The notes under the pieces were generated by a model. The model ran no database searches and was not told where the DNA came from. It saw only the letters and a program-made list of their open reading frames with translations. Both the position numbers and the translations under genes were made by a program. Shown piece after piece: positions 21,856 to 33,648 of a stretch of DNA of 64,000 nucleotides (position 1 is its first letter; every line of letters starts with the position of its first letter). The DNA comes from the human T2T-CHM13v2.0 reference genome, Homo sapiens. The stretch is from contig CP068257.2 in assembly GCA_009914755.4 (NCBI GenBank), positions 224,001 to 288,000 on the forward strand. Reading direction: 5' to 3'.

Positions 21856-23699
21856 TTTAAAGGGACATTTCCTATCTTATTTTATGAACCCAGTATTGCC
21901 GATTCCAAATCGAGACAAAGGCATTATACAACTTTGATGTTTATCCCTCATAAACATAGACTCAAAAGTCCTTAAAACATAATAACCAATTGAATGTAGC
22001 AGTACATAGAATGGATAATAAACTGTGAACAAATTAATTTTCTAGCAAGATTGCAAAGTTAATTTATTATTTGAAAGATCAGTTTAATCAATTTTATTCA
22101 CCTGGATGGTTACATCTGGCAAAACTCAGCAAACTGTGCACTTTAAAATAGTATTTATTTTATGTAAATTATGTTTCAATACAATGGATTTTAAAAAAAA
22201 AAACGTTTCCCAGAGTGATCAAAGTTGAGGGCAGGGAACAGTAAACATCAGTGCTTATGTTATAGCTACTAGAAGCCTCCCAATTCCAACGACATGCTTT
22301 CAAGCAGGTCTGATCCTTCCCCTGGAGGATACCTCTGACCCAGGTGTGCTACAAATGCATTGCCCCTAGTTGCTTCTGTCACCTTAGTGATGGAAGTGAC
22401 AACAGGGTACTGGAGAAAGAAAAGGTGTACAGGGTTCCAAATATACATTCTATTTCCAAAGGACATTTGTGAAGCCAGTGGAAAGCGAACAAACAAGCTG
22501 CTAAATAAGTCACAAGTGTGTTCTCATACAGTTTTGTGATTAACTAAATAGGACATTCAACAGATAAAATTTGTTTTACATAGTTACTCCTCTAATAGGA
22601 TGAACTTGTGGATTGTGAGATAGAGCTGATATAACCTGTTTTCTCTCTGCCTCTTTTTTTTCCCCCAAGTTTTGTGTGCAATACATTAGGAAAAATATAA
22701 TTGGGCTACAAAGCTACAAAAATGGCTTCCTGGCAGTTCCATGCTTGTTTCCATGTGGTGCCTATATTTGGCACTGTGTTCTCATTTGCACTTTCCTGCT
22801 TGATTAGTTAATGTATGAAGGACAAGCCTGATCTCTACTGTGAATTTTTACCAAGGTATTCTAGTAGAAAAATGAGTATGTAATGGTGCTGTGGCATGCT
22901 AAAGTGTGTAAAACATTAAGAATCTAAAAATATGCTGATTTCCAAGTTTTGTCCCAGAGCAACTGTGCACTCTGATTATATCGCTACTGCTATTTAAAGT
23001 TATCCATTTGCATGTCTAAAAAATAGATTCATACTGATTGTCCCATTTTGATCTCAAAAAACTCCGGAATATGAGAGTCGTGATCAAGGGACGCTTCATG
23101 AAATGTTCCAAAGTTAAAGTGTGCAATGAAACCAGATTTATCATAGCCTTATTTAAAATAATTATTTCTAAAATTGTTATTGTTTAATTATAAACGGTAT
23201 CCTTTCAGGATACTTGGAAGATCCATAGCAGTGCTTTTATTTTCACAGAACAAGCATAAATTATTTATGAAATAATAACTCAGATACAGAGATTACTTCC
23301 TATTGGCCTTACATATGAATATAAATAAATACATATTATGAACATGAGCATACTTATTTTATAATTATGTAAATGTGTGTGTAATGTTATATATAAGTTC
23401 AATAAAGTCATGCTTATACATGGTTTCAATTCATGCTTCTAAAAACCACTCAATGTAGTCATTATCATATGTTAATAAATAATCTCTGAAAATGTGCTTC
23501 TAGTAGTTTCACAATATCCCATCATAAAGATTGTCATGCTGTTTTTAAGTCATACTTTTGGGTATATAAGTTATATCTGATATTTTTCTGCTACATATAT
23601 ACTATTATAAATCTATTAGTAGCTGATTTTTTGTCAACACATATGATTGTTTCCTCACAATAGTACAAGAGTTGGTTGTAACTTTATTTCCTTCCAACA

Positions 23700-24303
23700 T
23701 TTATTTTAGGTTCAGCGGGTACATGTGCAGGTTTATTATATGGGTAAAATGTGTGTCAATGGGATTTGGTGTACAGATTAGGTAGTCATCCAGGTAGTGA
23801 ACGTAATATCTAATAGGGAGTTTTTTGATCCTCACTCTCCACCAACCCTCCACCCACAGTAGACCTTGTGTCTATTGTTCCCTTCTCTGTGTCCATGTGG
23901 ACTCAATGTTTAGCCCCCACTTATAAGTGAGAACATGCAGTGTTTGTTTGGTTTTCTGTTCCTTCATTAATTCACTTAGAATAATGGTCTCCAGCTCCAT
24001 TCATGTTGCTGCAAAAGACATTATTTCATCCTATTTTATAGGTGTGTAGTATTCCATGGTGTATGTACGCTGCATTTTTTTAATCCAGTCTTCTGTTAAC
24101 AGGCATCTAAGTTGATTCCGTGTCTTTGCTATTGTGAATAGTGTTATAATGAAAATATGCGTGCATATGTCTATGACAGAATGATTTATATTCCTTTGGG
24201 TATATACCCAATAATGGGATTGCTGGGTTGAATGGTAGTTCTGTTTTAAGTTATTTCAGAAATCTCCAAACTGCTTTCCACAATGGCTGAACAAATTTAC
24301 ATT
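23700..24303 (-). mobile_element. L1 (L1P-like) 3' end and distal ORF2, in the same element as 25186-25847, interrupted by the insertion at 24304-25185
   Basis: The antisense of the L1 3' UTR and ORF2 end is readable: GGTTCAGCGGGTACATGTGCAGGTTTATTATATGGGTAAAATGTGTGTCAATGGGATTTGGTGTACAGATTAGGTAGTCATCCAGGTAGTGAACG...CTGCTTTCCACAATGGCTGAACAAATTTACATTCC. Confidence 0.85.
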
Positions 24304-25185
24304 CCTGATGAAACTGGAGACTTCCCTGACTCCCCTTGGCAGGATGTGCAACAGGGGTGTGGCTTGTCTGGCCACCGTGTGTGCTGTCAAACCCCTTACT
24401 GGGCAGGGGAGCATGCAGACAGGCAGGTGCAATAGGCAGGGCAAGTGGCCATGGTACTGTCTAGGGGTGGGTTCCTGCGACTCCCACAGCCCAAGTGGGC
24501 ATGTGTTACAGTGCACTCTTTTAGCTTTGCCATCCACAGACGGCTTAAGTGTTAACCTGTTCAGTGCCCTCTTGGTACCCAGTTCCTTGTCCAGCATCCA
24601 GAAAGAATTAAGTTGCACACAGACTTGAGGATGGTGAATGTGGGGGTTTTATTGAGTGGTGGAGGTGGCACTCAATGGGATGGATGGGGAGCTGGAAAGG
24701 GGATGGAATGGGAAGATGATCTTCCCCCGGAGCTTTGCCATCCAGAGGCTGATCTCTCCAACCACTGCCAGCCAAACTCCTCTAGGCATTCAGATGCTCC
24801 TTCTCTTCTTTCTGCCACATCATTCTGCAATTCTGCTCTTCTGTTCATCTCCTCATCTGCTTGCCATCCAGAGGCTGATCTCTACAACCACTGCCAGCCA
24901 AACTCCTCTTGGCATTCAGATGCTCCTTCTCTTCTTTCTGCCACATCATTCTGCAATTCTGCTCTTCTGTTCATCTCCTCATCTGCTTGTCTGCTTCTGG
25001 AGCCTGGGGTCTGGGGCATATATGGGTACAGGACAGGGGGTGCATGGTGAGCTGAAAGACAACTTTTGGGTGCAAAAGCAGGAATGCCTGTTCCCATTTA
25101 GGGCCATGGGTTTCCAGGCTTGTGGGCAGGGCTTTGCCAGGGAACCACTCTCTTCTACCCAGTATTTCCCTGTCTCCTTTCTATA
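24304..25185. repeat. Unclassified 0.88-kb insertion within L1, possibly an LTR or MER fragment. It contains a perfect-ish 121-bp tandem duplication (24737-24857 and 24858-24978)
   Basis: L1 antisense is contiguous across the gap: ...AATTTACATTCC | insert | CACCAGCAGTGTATAAGCATTCCC.... The two 121-bp units begin CATCCAGAGGCTGATCTCT(C/A)CAACCACTGCCAGCCAAACTCCTCT. The plus-strand ORFs 24613-25050 and 24656-25312 are inflated by that duplication. Confidence 0.55.
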
Positions 25186-25847
25186 TCACCACCAGCAGTG
25201 TATAAGCATTCCCTTTTTTCCACAAACTCGGCACCGTCTGTTATGTTTTGATTTTTTAATAATAGCCATTCTGGCCGGTGTGATATGGTATCTCATGGTT
25301 CTGATTTTCTGATGATTAGTGATGTTGAGTATTTTTTCATACGGTTGTTTGCCATACATACGTTGTATTTTGAAAAAAGAATTCACAGACGGCTTAAGTG
25401 TTAACCCGTTCAGTGCCCTCTTGGTATCCAAGTCCTTGTCCAGCATTCAGAAAGAAGTTGCACATGGACTTGAGGATGGTGAATGTGGGGGCTCATGTTC
25501 TTTGCCTATTTGTAGTGGGTTTGTTTTTTGCTTATTGATTCTTTATACATGCTAAGTATTAGACCTTTTTCAGATATGTAATTTGAAAATATTTTCTTCT
25601 GTTCTGTAGGGTGTTCTCTGTTGATAGTTTCTTTTGCTGTGCTGAAGCTCTTTAGTTTCATTAGGTCCCACTCATCAATTCTTCTTGTTGCAATTGCTTT
25701 TGGAATCTTCATCATGAAATATTTGCCTGCGTCTATGTCCAGAATGATATTTCCTAAGTTTTCTTCTAGGGTTTATATAGTTTTGGGTCTTACATAAGTC
25801 CTTCATCCATCTTGAGTTGATTTTTTTATATGGTGAAAGGAAGGGAG
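25186..25847 (-). mobile_element. L1 ORF2 fragment, the continuation of 23700-24303. It carries a ~105-bp foreign tract at 25385-25491
   Basis: Minus-strand ORF 25186-25446 translates to ...[15 protein letters not shown]...CGKKGMLIHCWW, the L1 ORF2 C-terminus. The plus strand reads as L1 antisense up to ...GGTGAAAGGAAGGGAGTG, where the satellite begins. Confidence 0.85.
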
Positions 25848-28800
25848 TGTACATGCCCCTGTGATATTGTTCCTAATATCCAGGTTGGGAGAGGATATTA
25901 TACTCAATATTGCAGGAAGTGTCGACCACCCTGAATATTGCTTTTAATATCCGGGGAGAGAGGGTGATATTACTCCCAATATCATCCTCTCCCCCCACAC
26001 CCTGCATAGTACAAGCAATATCAAAGGGGGTCTGTGCAACACCTGCAATATTGGGAGTAATATCCTCCCCCAACATGGATATTAGAAACAGTATCACAAG
26101 GGGTTGTACACCACCTGTGATATTATGGAGTACTATCATTTTCTTTCCCCATGGATATGTAGAACAATATCACAAAGGTGGTGTACAACCCCTGCTATAT
26201 TGGGAGTAATACTGTACTTTCCTCACCTAGATATTAGGAACAATATCACGGGGGGTTATACACCACTGCAACATTGGGAGTAATATCATCCTTTCCCTCC
26301 CTGGATATTAGGAACAATACCTCATGGGTGTGTACACCCTGTTCCATATTGGGATTAATATTTTCTCCCTTGCTGGACATAAGGAAAAATATAACGGGGG
26401 GTATACACTCCTTATGATATTGCCAGTAATATTATAGACTCCCCAAAGGGATATTAGAAAAAGTTTCAGAGAGGGGTGTACATCCCCTGCGATATTGGGA
26501 ATAATATTCTTTCATCCCTGGATATTAGGAATAATATCACAAAGGGGTTTTATACCCCCCGTGACATTTTAATTAATATCATCTTCCCCACTGAATATTA
26601 GGAACAAATTCCCAGGGGTGGTACACCACCTGCAATATGGACAGCTATATCATTGTCTCTCCCCCGAATATAAGGAACAATATCACAAGGGGGTTGTACA
26701 ACCCCTGTGATATTGGGAGTAACTTTATACCCTTTCCACATGGATATTAGGAACAATATCACAGGGTGGGTGTACACCCACTGCGATATTGGGAGTAATA
26801 TCATCCTCCACCCCCTGGGTATTATGAACAATATCATGGGGAGGGGGTGTATGTCCTCTGTGATATTGGGAGTAATATCATCCTGTCCCCTCTGGATATT
26901 AGGAATGATATCACAGCGGGGCTGTACCTTTTCTGCACTATTGGGAGTGGTATCACCCCCTCCCCCTATGGATATTAGGAACAATATCACAAAGGGGGTG
27001 TACACATCCTGTGATATTGAGAGTAATATTGTCCACTCTTCCCTGGGATATTAGGAACAATATCACAGGCAGAGTGTACACCCCCTGCTATTTTACCTGT
27101 AATATTATTCTCATCCAACTTGGATATTAGGAATAATATAACAGGAGGGGTGTACACCACCTGTGATATTGGGAGTAATATCATTCTCTCCCCCCATGGA
27201 TATTGAGAACAATATCACAGGGGCGGTTTACACTTCCTGCGCCATTTAGAGTAATATCATCCTTTTCCCCCATGGATATTAGGAACGATATCGCATGGGA
27301 AGTGTACACGCCCGCCATATTGGGAGTAATATTTTCTCCCTTGCTGGACATTAGGAACAATATCACGGGAATGCACACACCCTGCGATATTGCCAGTAAT
27401 ATTGTAGTCTCCTCCCAGGATATTAGGAACAATATCACAAGGGGGGTGTACATGCCCTGTGATATTGGAAGTAATATCATCGACTCCCCCCACGGATATT
27501 AGTAACAACATCAGAAGGGGTGTACACCCCTTGTGATATTTATAGTACTATCATCCTATACCCCCTGGATATTAGGAACAATACAACGGAGGGGTGTATA
27601 CCCACTGTGATATTGGGAGTAATTTCATCCTCTACCCCTTGGATGTTAGGAGCAGTATCACAAGGGGGGTGTCCACCCTCTGTGATATTAAAAATAATAC
27701 CATTCTCTCCTTCTCTGGATACTAGGAATAATATCACAGTGCTGGTGTGCACCCTTTACACTATTTGGAGCAATATCACCCTCTCCCCAACTTGATATTA
27801 GAGACAATATCATGGGGGGTGGCGTGTAACACCCTGCACTGTTGGGAGTACTATCATCTATTCTTCCCCTGGATATAAGAAACAGTATCACAGAAGGGGT
27901 CTACACCTCCTGAGATTTTGGGAGTAATATCATCCTCTCCAAATCTGGATATTAAGAACAGTATAATGGGGTGTAGGGAGTAATATGGTGGGAGTAATAC
28001 AATCCTCCTCCCCACTTGATATTAGGAACAATATCGCAAAACGTGTGTACACCCACTGTGACATTTGGAGTAATATCAACATTTCCCCACCTGGTATCAC
28101 GGGGAGAGTGTACACTCCTTATGATATTGGAAGTATCATTGTCTCTCACTCTCGATATTAGGAAAAATAGCACAGGGTGTGTATACACTTCCTGTGATTT
28201 TGGGAAGAACATCATACCCTTCTGTCTTTGATATTAGGAACAATATCACAGAGGGGATGTACAACTTATGTGATATTATAATATTCTTTCTTCCCATGGA
28301 TATTAGGAATGATATCCCGGGGGGCTTGTTGTACACACCCTGTGATACGGACAGTAATATCATTGTCCTTCCCCCTACATATTAGAAACAATATCACAAG
28401 GGTGGTATACATCCCCTGGATATTAGAAACTATCACAGGGGGGCTGTACAACCTCTTTGATACTGTGAGTAATACCATTGTCTCCCCTCCTGGGTATTAA
28501 TAACAATATCATAGGGTGGGTGTACACCCCCTGCAATATTGGGAATAATATCATCCTGTCTTCCCCGGGATATTAGGAATGGTATCACAGGTGGGGTTTA
28601 CACCCCCTGCAATTTTGTCAGTAATATTACTTCTGGATGTTATTGAATATATCACAGTGGGGGTGTACACCCCCTGTGATATGGGGAGTAATAGCATCCT
28701 CTTTCCCACTGGGTACTACAAACAATATCGCAGATTGTGTACAACGTCCTGTGATATTGTTCACAATATTTAGGGAAGGAGAGGATGATATTACTCCACA

Positions 28801-29690
28801 TATCACAGGGAGTGTTACATCCCCTGTAATATTGTTCATAATATTTAGAAGACGACAGGATGATATTACTCCCAATATAGTAGGAAGTATACACTACCCT
28901 GTGATACTGTTCATAATTTTTAGGGGATTAGAGGATGATATTACTTCCAATATCACAGGGAGTGTACACTGGTGATATTGTTTATAATTTTCAGTGGATT
29001 AGAAGATATTATTCCGAATATCACAGGGTTTGTACATCCCCAAGTGATATTGTTAATATCCAGTGGGGAAGAGGATGTTATTACTCCCCATATCACGGGG
29101 GATGTAAACCCGTTTGTGGTATTGTCACTTACATCCGGGGGGTAGAGGATGATATTACTCTGCATATCATAGAGGGTGCACACGGCTGTAATGTTGTCCA
29201 TAATAACATCCAGAGGGGAAGAGAATATTATTCCCATGTTTCAGAAGGTGTACACACCCCTGGGATAGTCTCTGTAACATTTAGGGAAGAAGGGGATGAT
29301 ACTACTCCAGATATTGCAGGGGGTGTACACCCCCCTGTGATACTGTTCGTAACGTTTAGGGGGAAGAGGATGATATTACTCCCCATATCGAAGGGATTGT
29401 ACATCTCCCTATATATTGTCCATAACATCCAGGACAGGAGAGGATATTACTACTCCCCATATCACAGGAGGTGGACAACCCCCTCTAAATATGTCTAACA
29501 TCCAGGCGGGGACAGGAGGATATTTTTCCCCATAACCTAGAGAAAGTAAACCTCCTGCGATTTTGTCCATAACATCCAGTGGGGAGAGGATGATATCACT
29601 CCCCATATTGCAGGGGGTGCACACTCCACTCTGATACTGGCCGTAATATCCGGGGGGGTGAAGTATGAAGTCACTACACATATCGCAGGG
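25848..29690. repeat. Unclassified ~75-bp satellite, ~50 monomers. The monomer contains a 36-bp perfect palindrome and two related ~37-bp sub-repeats. The array has three orientation blocks: minus (25848-25980), plus (25980-28741), minus (28741-29690). It is possibly related to a subtelomeric palindromic satellite such as REP522, but this is unconfirmed
   Basis: Consensus: TGGATATTAGGAACAATATCACAGGGGGGTGTACACCCCCTGTGATATTGGGAGTAATATCATCCTCTCCCCCC. The core ATATCACAGGGGGGTGTACACCCCCCTGTGATAT equals its own reverse complement. After 28741 the monomers read GGAGAGGATGATATTACTCCCAATATCACAGGG..GTGTACA..CCCCTGTGATATTGTTC.., which is the reverse complement. Confidence 0.85.
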
Positions 29691-29854
29691 ATTATTAGTA
29701 TCAGATTGTTTGAAGGACTCACAGTAAGGGTAGTAGTAGGGCGAGTTCTAACTCAAATAGGGGAAATGTGATGGCTACTAGAAAGAATTTTATGGAGAAG
29801 GGAATGTGGGCAGAGGATAGAGGGTCAAATCTGCATTCATAAGGGCTAGACTTT

Positions 29855-29915
29855 TCTATATATATTTATTTTATACATATATATATATTTTTCTCTCTCT
29901 CTACATATATATATT
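29855..29915. repeat. Simple repeat (TA)n/(CT)n inserted in the ND3-like part of the NUMT
   Basis: ATATATATATTTTTCTCTCTCTCTACATATATATAT. Confidence 0.8.
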
Positions 29916-29996
29916 AAGTTGTGGGAGCCAAAATGTAATAATTATTAGTAACAGGGCTAATAGGGTGTTGATTACTAGGGTTAATGTTAGGTGAAT

Positions 29997-30057
29997 TACT
30001 GTTTTTCGGATGCTATCAAAACTTTGGAAATCATGGTACTATTTATACTAAAAGAGT
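29997..30057 (-). pseudogene. Mitochondrial tRNA-Gly-like sequence inside the NUMT, non-functional, with a ~6-bp deletion
   Basis: The reverse complement ACTCTTTTAGTATAAATAGTACCATGATTTCCAAAGTTTTGATAGCATCCGAAAAACAGTA matches human MT-TG ACTCTTTTAGTATAAATAGTACCGTTAACTTCCAATTAACTAGTTTTGACAACATTCAAAAAAGAGTA. Confidence 0.6.
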
Positions 30058-30705
30058 AAGATCCTCATCAATAAGTAGAAACATACAAGAATAGTCATAC
30101 TACATCTACAAAGTGTCGATATCAGGCAGCGGCTTCAAAGGCAAAGTGATGACTAGATGTAAAGTGGTATTTTAATTGGCGGAGAAGGCAGACTGAGGAA
30201 TGTTGATCCAATAATGACGTGAATTCTGTGAAAGCCTGTAGCTATAAAAAATGTTGAGCCATAAATACCATCAGAAATAGCAAAGGGAGCTTTGAAATAT
30301 TCTGAGACTTGTAGGAGGGTGAAGTAAATATCTAATATAATTGTAACAGGTAGTGCTTAGATTGTATGTTTTTGATTATTTTTTGTTAGGCTGTGATGGG
30401 CTCAAGTAATTGAAACTCCTGATGCAAGTAATACAGATGGATTCAGGAGAGGTACTTCCAGGGGGTCAAGGGGAGAAATACCTGTTGGGGGTCAATGCCC
30501 TCCTAATTCTGGAGTAGGGGCTAGGCTAGAATGGTAGAATGCTCAAAAGAATCCAGCGAAGAGGAATATTTCTGAGATAATAAATAGGACTGTCCCATCA
30601 TTGGAAGCTCCTGCATACCATAAGCTACTAGAGGTCAGTAAACATATTTGTGTGTATCCTGGAGTACCTAGAAGACAGTCTTCCATGTAAGAAGCATTTT
30701 ACTTG

Positions 30706-31008
30706 TTGTTTTTTGAGATGGGGTTTCACTCTGTCACCCAGGCTGGAGGGCACTGGTGAGATCTTGGCTCACTCCAATCTCCATTTCCTAGGCTCAGGTG
30801 ATCCTCACACCTCAGCCATCCAAGTAGTTGAAACAATAGAGCTATGTCACCATAGACCTGTGTCACCATGCTGGGCTGAGTTTTGTAGAGATAGGGTTTT
30901 GCCTTGTTACCCAGGCTCTTCTTTAACTGTTGGGCTCAAGTGTTCTGCTCGCCTCAGCCTCTCAAAGTGCTGGGGTTACAGACATGAGACATTCAGCCTT
31001 AATAGTTG
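30706..31008 (-). mobile_element. Alu (old subfamily)
   Basis: Antisense Alu: GAGATGGGGTTTCACTCTGTCACCCAGGCTGGAGGGCACTGGTGAGATCTTGGCTCAC... Confidence 0.8.
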
Positions 31009-31370
31009 TTTAATCTGAATAAATAAACAAATGAATTTTTATATAATGGAATGTTATAAGTAATATAATAAACCTAATGTATCTAATCATTAAATATTGT
31101 ATTTAAAATATTGCTTACATTGTATTATTTTTTAATATTTAAGGGTGTATAAGTTTTGACATGATATGTTGAGAAATTATGCAATAATTAAAAAGGAAAT
31201 AAAAGAGAAATAGGTCATCGGTAGCAAAGAGGGTTACAATATATTTTCTAGTATCATTCAACTGGAATCTTAACATTGAGATTTTAGATTAACATTTCTT
31301 AAGGTTTTTATTAGACCCAACTCATGTTCCATTAAATATACCGTTTCAAGCCATACATTACTCTTTATTA

Positions 31371-32149
31371 TTATTATTATACTTTAAGTTCTAGGGTACA
31401 TGTGCACAACGTGCAGGTTTGTTAAATATGTATACATGTGCCATGTTGGTGTGCTGCACCCATTAACTCGTCATTTATATTAGGTATATCTCCTAATGCT
31501 ATTCCTCCCCTCTCCCCCCACCCCATGACAGGCCCTGGTGTGTGATGTTCCCCATCCTGTGTCCAAGTGTTCTCATTGTTCAGTTCCCACCTATGAGTGA
31601 GAACATGTGGTGTTTGGTTTTCTGTCCTTGCAACAGTTTGCTCAGAATGATGGTTTCCAGCTTCATCTATGTCCCTACAAAGGACATGAACTCATCATTT
31701 TTTATGCTGCATAGTATTCCATGGTGTGTAAGTGCCACATTTTCTTAATCCAGTCTATCATTGATGGGCATATGGGTTGGTTCCAAGTCTTTGCTATTGT
31801 GAATAGTGCCACAATAAACATACATGTGCATGTGTCTTTATAGCAGCATGATTTATAATCCTTTGCATATATATCCAGTAATGGGATGGCTGGATCAAAT
31901 GGTATTTCTAATTCTTGATCCTTGAGGAATCTCCACACTGTCTTCCACAATGGTTGAACTAGTTTACAGTCCCACCAACAGTGTAAAAGTGTTCCTATTT
32001 CTCCACATCCTCTCCAGCACCTGTTGTTTCCTGACTTTTTAATGATTGCCATTCTAACTGGTGTGAAATGATATCTCATAGTGGTTTCAATTTGCATTTC
32101 TCTGATGGCCAGTGATGATGAGCATTTTTTCATGTGTCTGCCATACATT
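31371..32149 (-). mobile_element. L1 (L1PA-like) 3' 0.78 kb, 5'-truncated, flanked by a 16-bp target-site duplication CATACATTACTCTTTA
   Basis: The TSD sits at 31355-31370 and 32150-32165. Minus-strand ORF 31702-32148 translates to ...[45 protein letters not shown]..., the L1 ORF2 C-terminus. A poly-T run plus the antisense 3' UTR is at 31371. Confidence 0.9.
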
Positions 32150-32460
32150 ACTCTTTAGAATCCTGGTGACCAATTCTTTTTCTGGGTGGAAAGTTCATGG
32201 AAAGTTCCAGTTTTCTCTCTCTGTTATAATAATGTTCTTTCAGGTAATGGTAGATGACCATATTTAGCTAATTGAATGTCTTATAGTAAGAAACACTATC
32301 ACAGAAGTACTTACAAAAAACTAATTGCAGCATAAATATTAATTAGTATTATCAGAGTTATGAAAGACCGAAAGCTCTGTTATAGATCTATTTCCCCATG
32401 TACTTTATTGTACTTCATGTTTTTCGTTTTCTTTCTTGGCTTAAGCTCATATTTCATTGA

Positions 32461-32808
<348 letters not shown>

Positions 32809-32851
32809 CAACATTGAGATTGATTTAAAGAAATTGATTAGGGCTGGGTGT

Positions 32852-33140
32852 GGTGGTGCACAATGCTTATCTCAACATTTTGGGAGGCAGAAGTGGAAGA
32901 TTTTCTTGAGCCCAGGAGCTTGAGACCAGCCTGGGAGGTATAATGAGGCCTTGTCTCTACAAAGATAACAATAAAAACATTAGCATGACATGATGGTATG
33001 CACCTGTAGTTCCAGCTATTCAGGAAGTTGAGGTGGGAAGATTGCTTGAGGTCAGGAGTTTGAGACCACAGTGAGCCATAATCAGGCCCCTGCATTCTAG
33101 CCCTGGGTTGACAGAGTGAGACCCAGTTTCATAAAAAGAG
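32852..33140 (+). mobile_element. Alu
   Basis: GGGCTGGGTGTGGTGGTGCACAATGCTTATCTCAACATTTTGGGAGGCAGAAGTGGAAGATTTTCTTGAGCCCAGGAGCTTGAGACCAGCCTGGG... Confidence 0.85.
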
Positions 33141-33209
33141 ATTGATAAGAAACTCTTGATGCAACTCATTATAATTTTAAATGGAAACTAATTCTTGATA
33201 TTACCTTAG

Positions 33210-33294
33210 CAGTGTGTCCCCCAGAAAGTGTCAGAGCCTTTACGTGGACCTTCTCATGAAAACGGAAACAGAATAGTCAATGGAAAAGGAGAAG
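33210..33294 (+). pseudogene. ANKRD20A-family exon (AG acceptor, GTGAGA donor)
   Basis: CTTAG|CAGTGTGTCCCCCAGAAAGTGTCAGAGCCTTTACGTGGACCTTCTCATGAAAACGGAAACAGAATAGTCAATGGAAAAGGAGAAG|GTGAGA. Confidence 0.65.
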
Positions 33295-33333
33295 GTGAGA
33301 ACCGTATTTTATTTAAAAAGTCATTTGATGGAG

Positions 33334-33648
<315 letters not shown>

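Larger units (their letters stand above)
29691..30690 (-). other. Ancient NUMT (nuclear copy of mitochondrial DNA): ND3 (partial), tRNA-Gly and COX3 (partial). It is colinear with the human mtDNA segment at about 9.35-10.3 kb and is ~20-25% diverged
   Basis: The reverse complement of 30058-30690 aligns to MT-CO3. For example, CCAGAATTAGGAGGGCATTGACCCCCAACAGGTATTTCTCCCCTTGACCCCCTGGAAGTACCTCTCCTGAATCCATCTGTATTACTTGCATCAGGAGTTTCAATTACTTGAGCCCATCACAG matches human CCAATTAGGAGGGCACTGGCCCCCAACAGGCATCACCCCGCTAAATCCCCTAGAAGTCCCACTCCTAAACACATCCGTATTACTCGCATCAGGAGTATCAATCACCTGAGCTCACCATAG. Likewise ...CATCACTTTGCCTTTGAAGCCGCTGCCTGATATCGACACTTTGTAGATGTAGTATGACTA matches the COX3 3' end. The reverse complement of 29691-29996 matches the MT-ND3 start ATTCACCTAACATTAACCCTAGTAATCAACACCCTATTAGCCCTGTTACTAATAATTATTACATTTTGGCT. 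Confidence 0.8.

Noticed and set aside
24613-25312. ORFs 24613-25050 plus (145 aa) and 24656-25312 plus (218 aa)
   Set aside because: They are inflated by the 121-bp tandem duplication. The C-terminal part is the antisense of the L1 ORF2 sequence. No coding evidence.
25873-29722. Dozens of 60-190-aa ORFs on both strands in the 75-bp satellite, for example 28935-29498 plus (187 aa)
   Set aside because: They are periodic repeat-phase ORFs in a palindromic satellite. The same peptide motifs (ILLPISQ.., DIRNNIT..) recur from both strands because the monomer is self-complementary.
29997-30057. A functional tRNA-Gly gene
   Set aside because: It is the mitochondrial tRNA-Gly copy inside a NUMT. 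It carries a deletion in the anticodon or variable region and lies in nuclear DNA without mt-type processing context.
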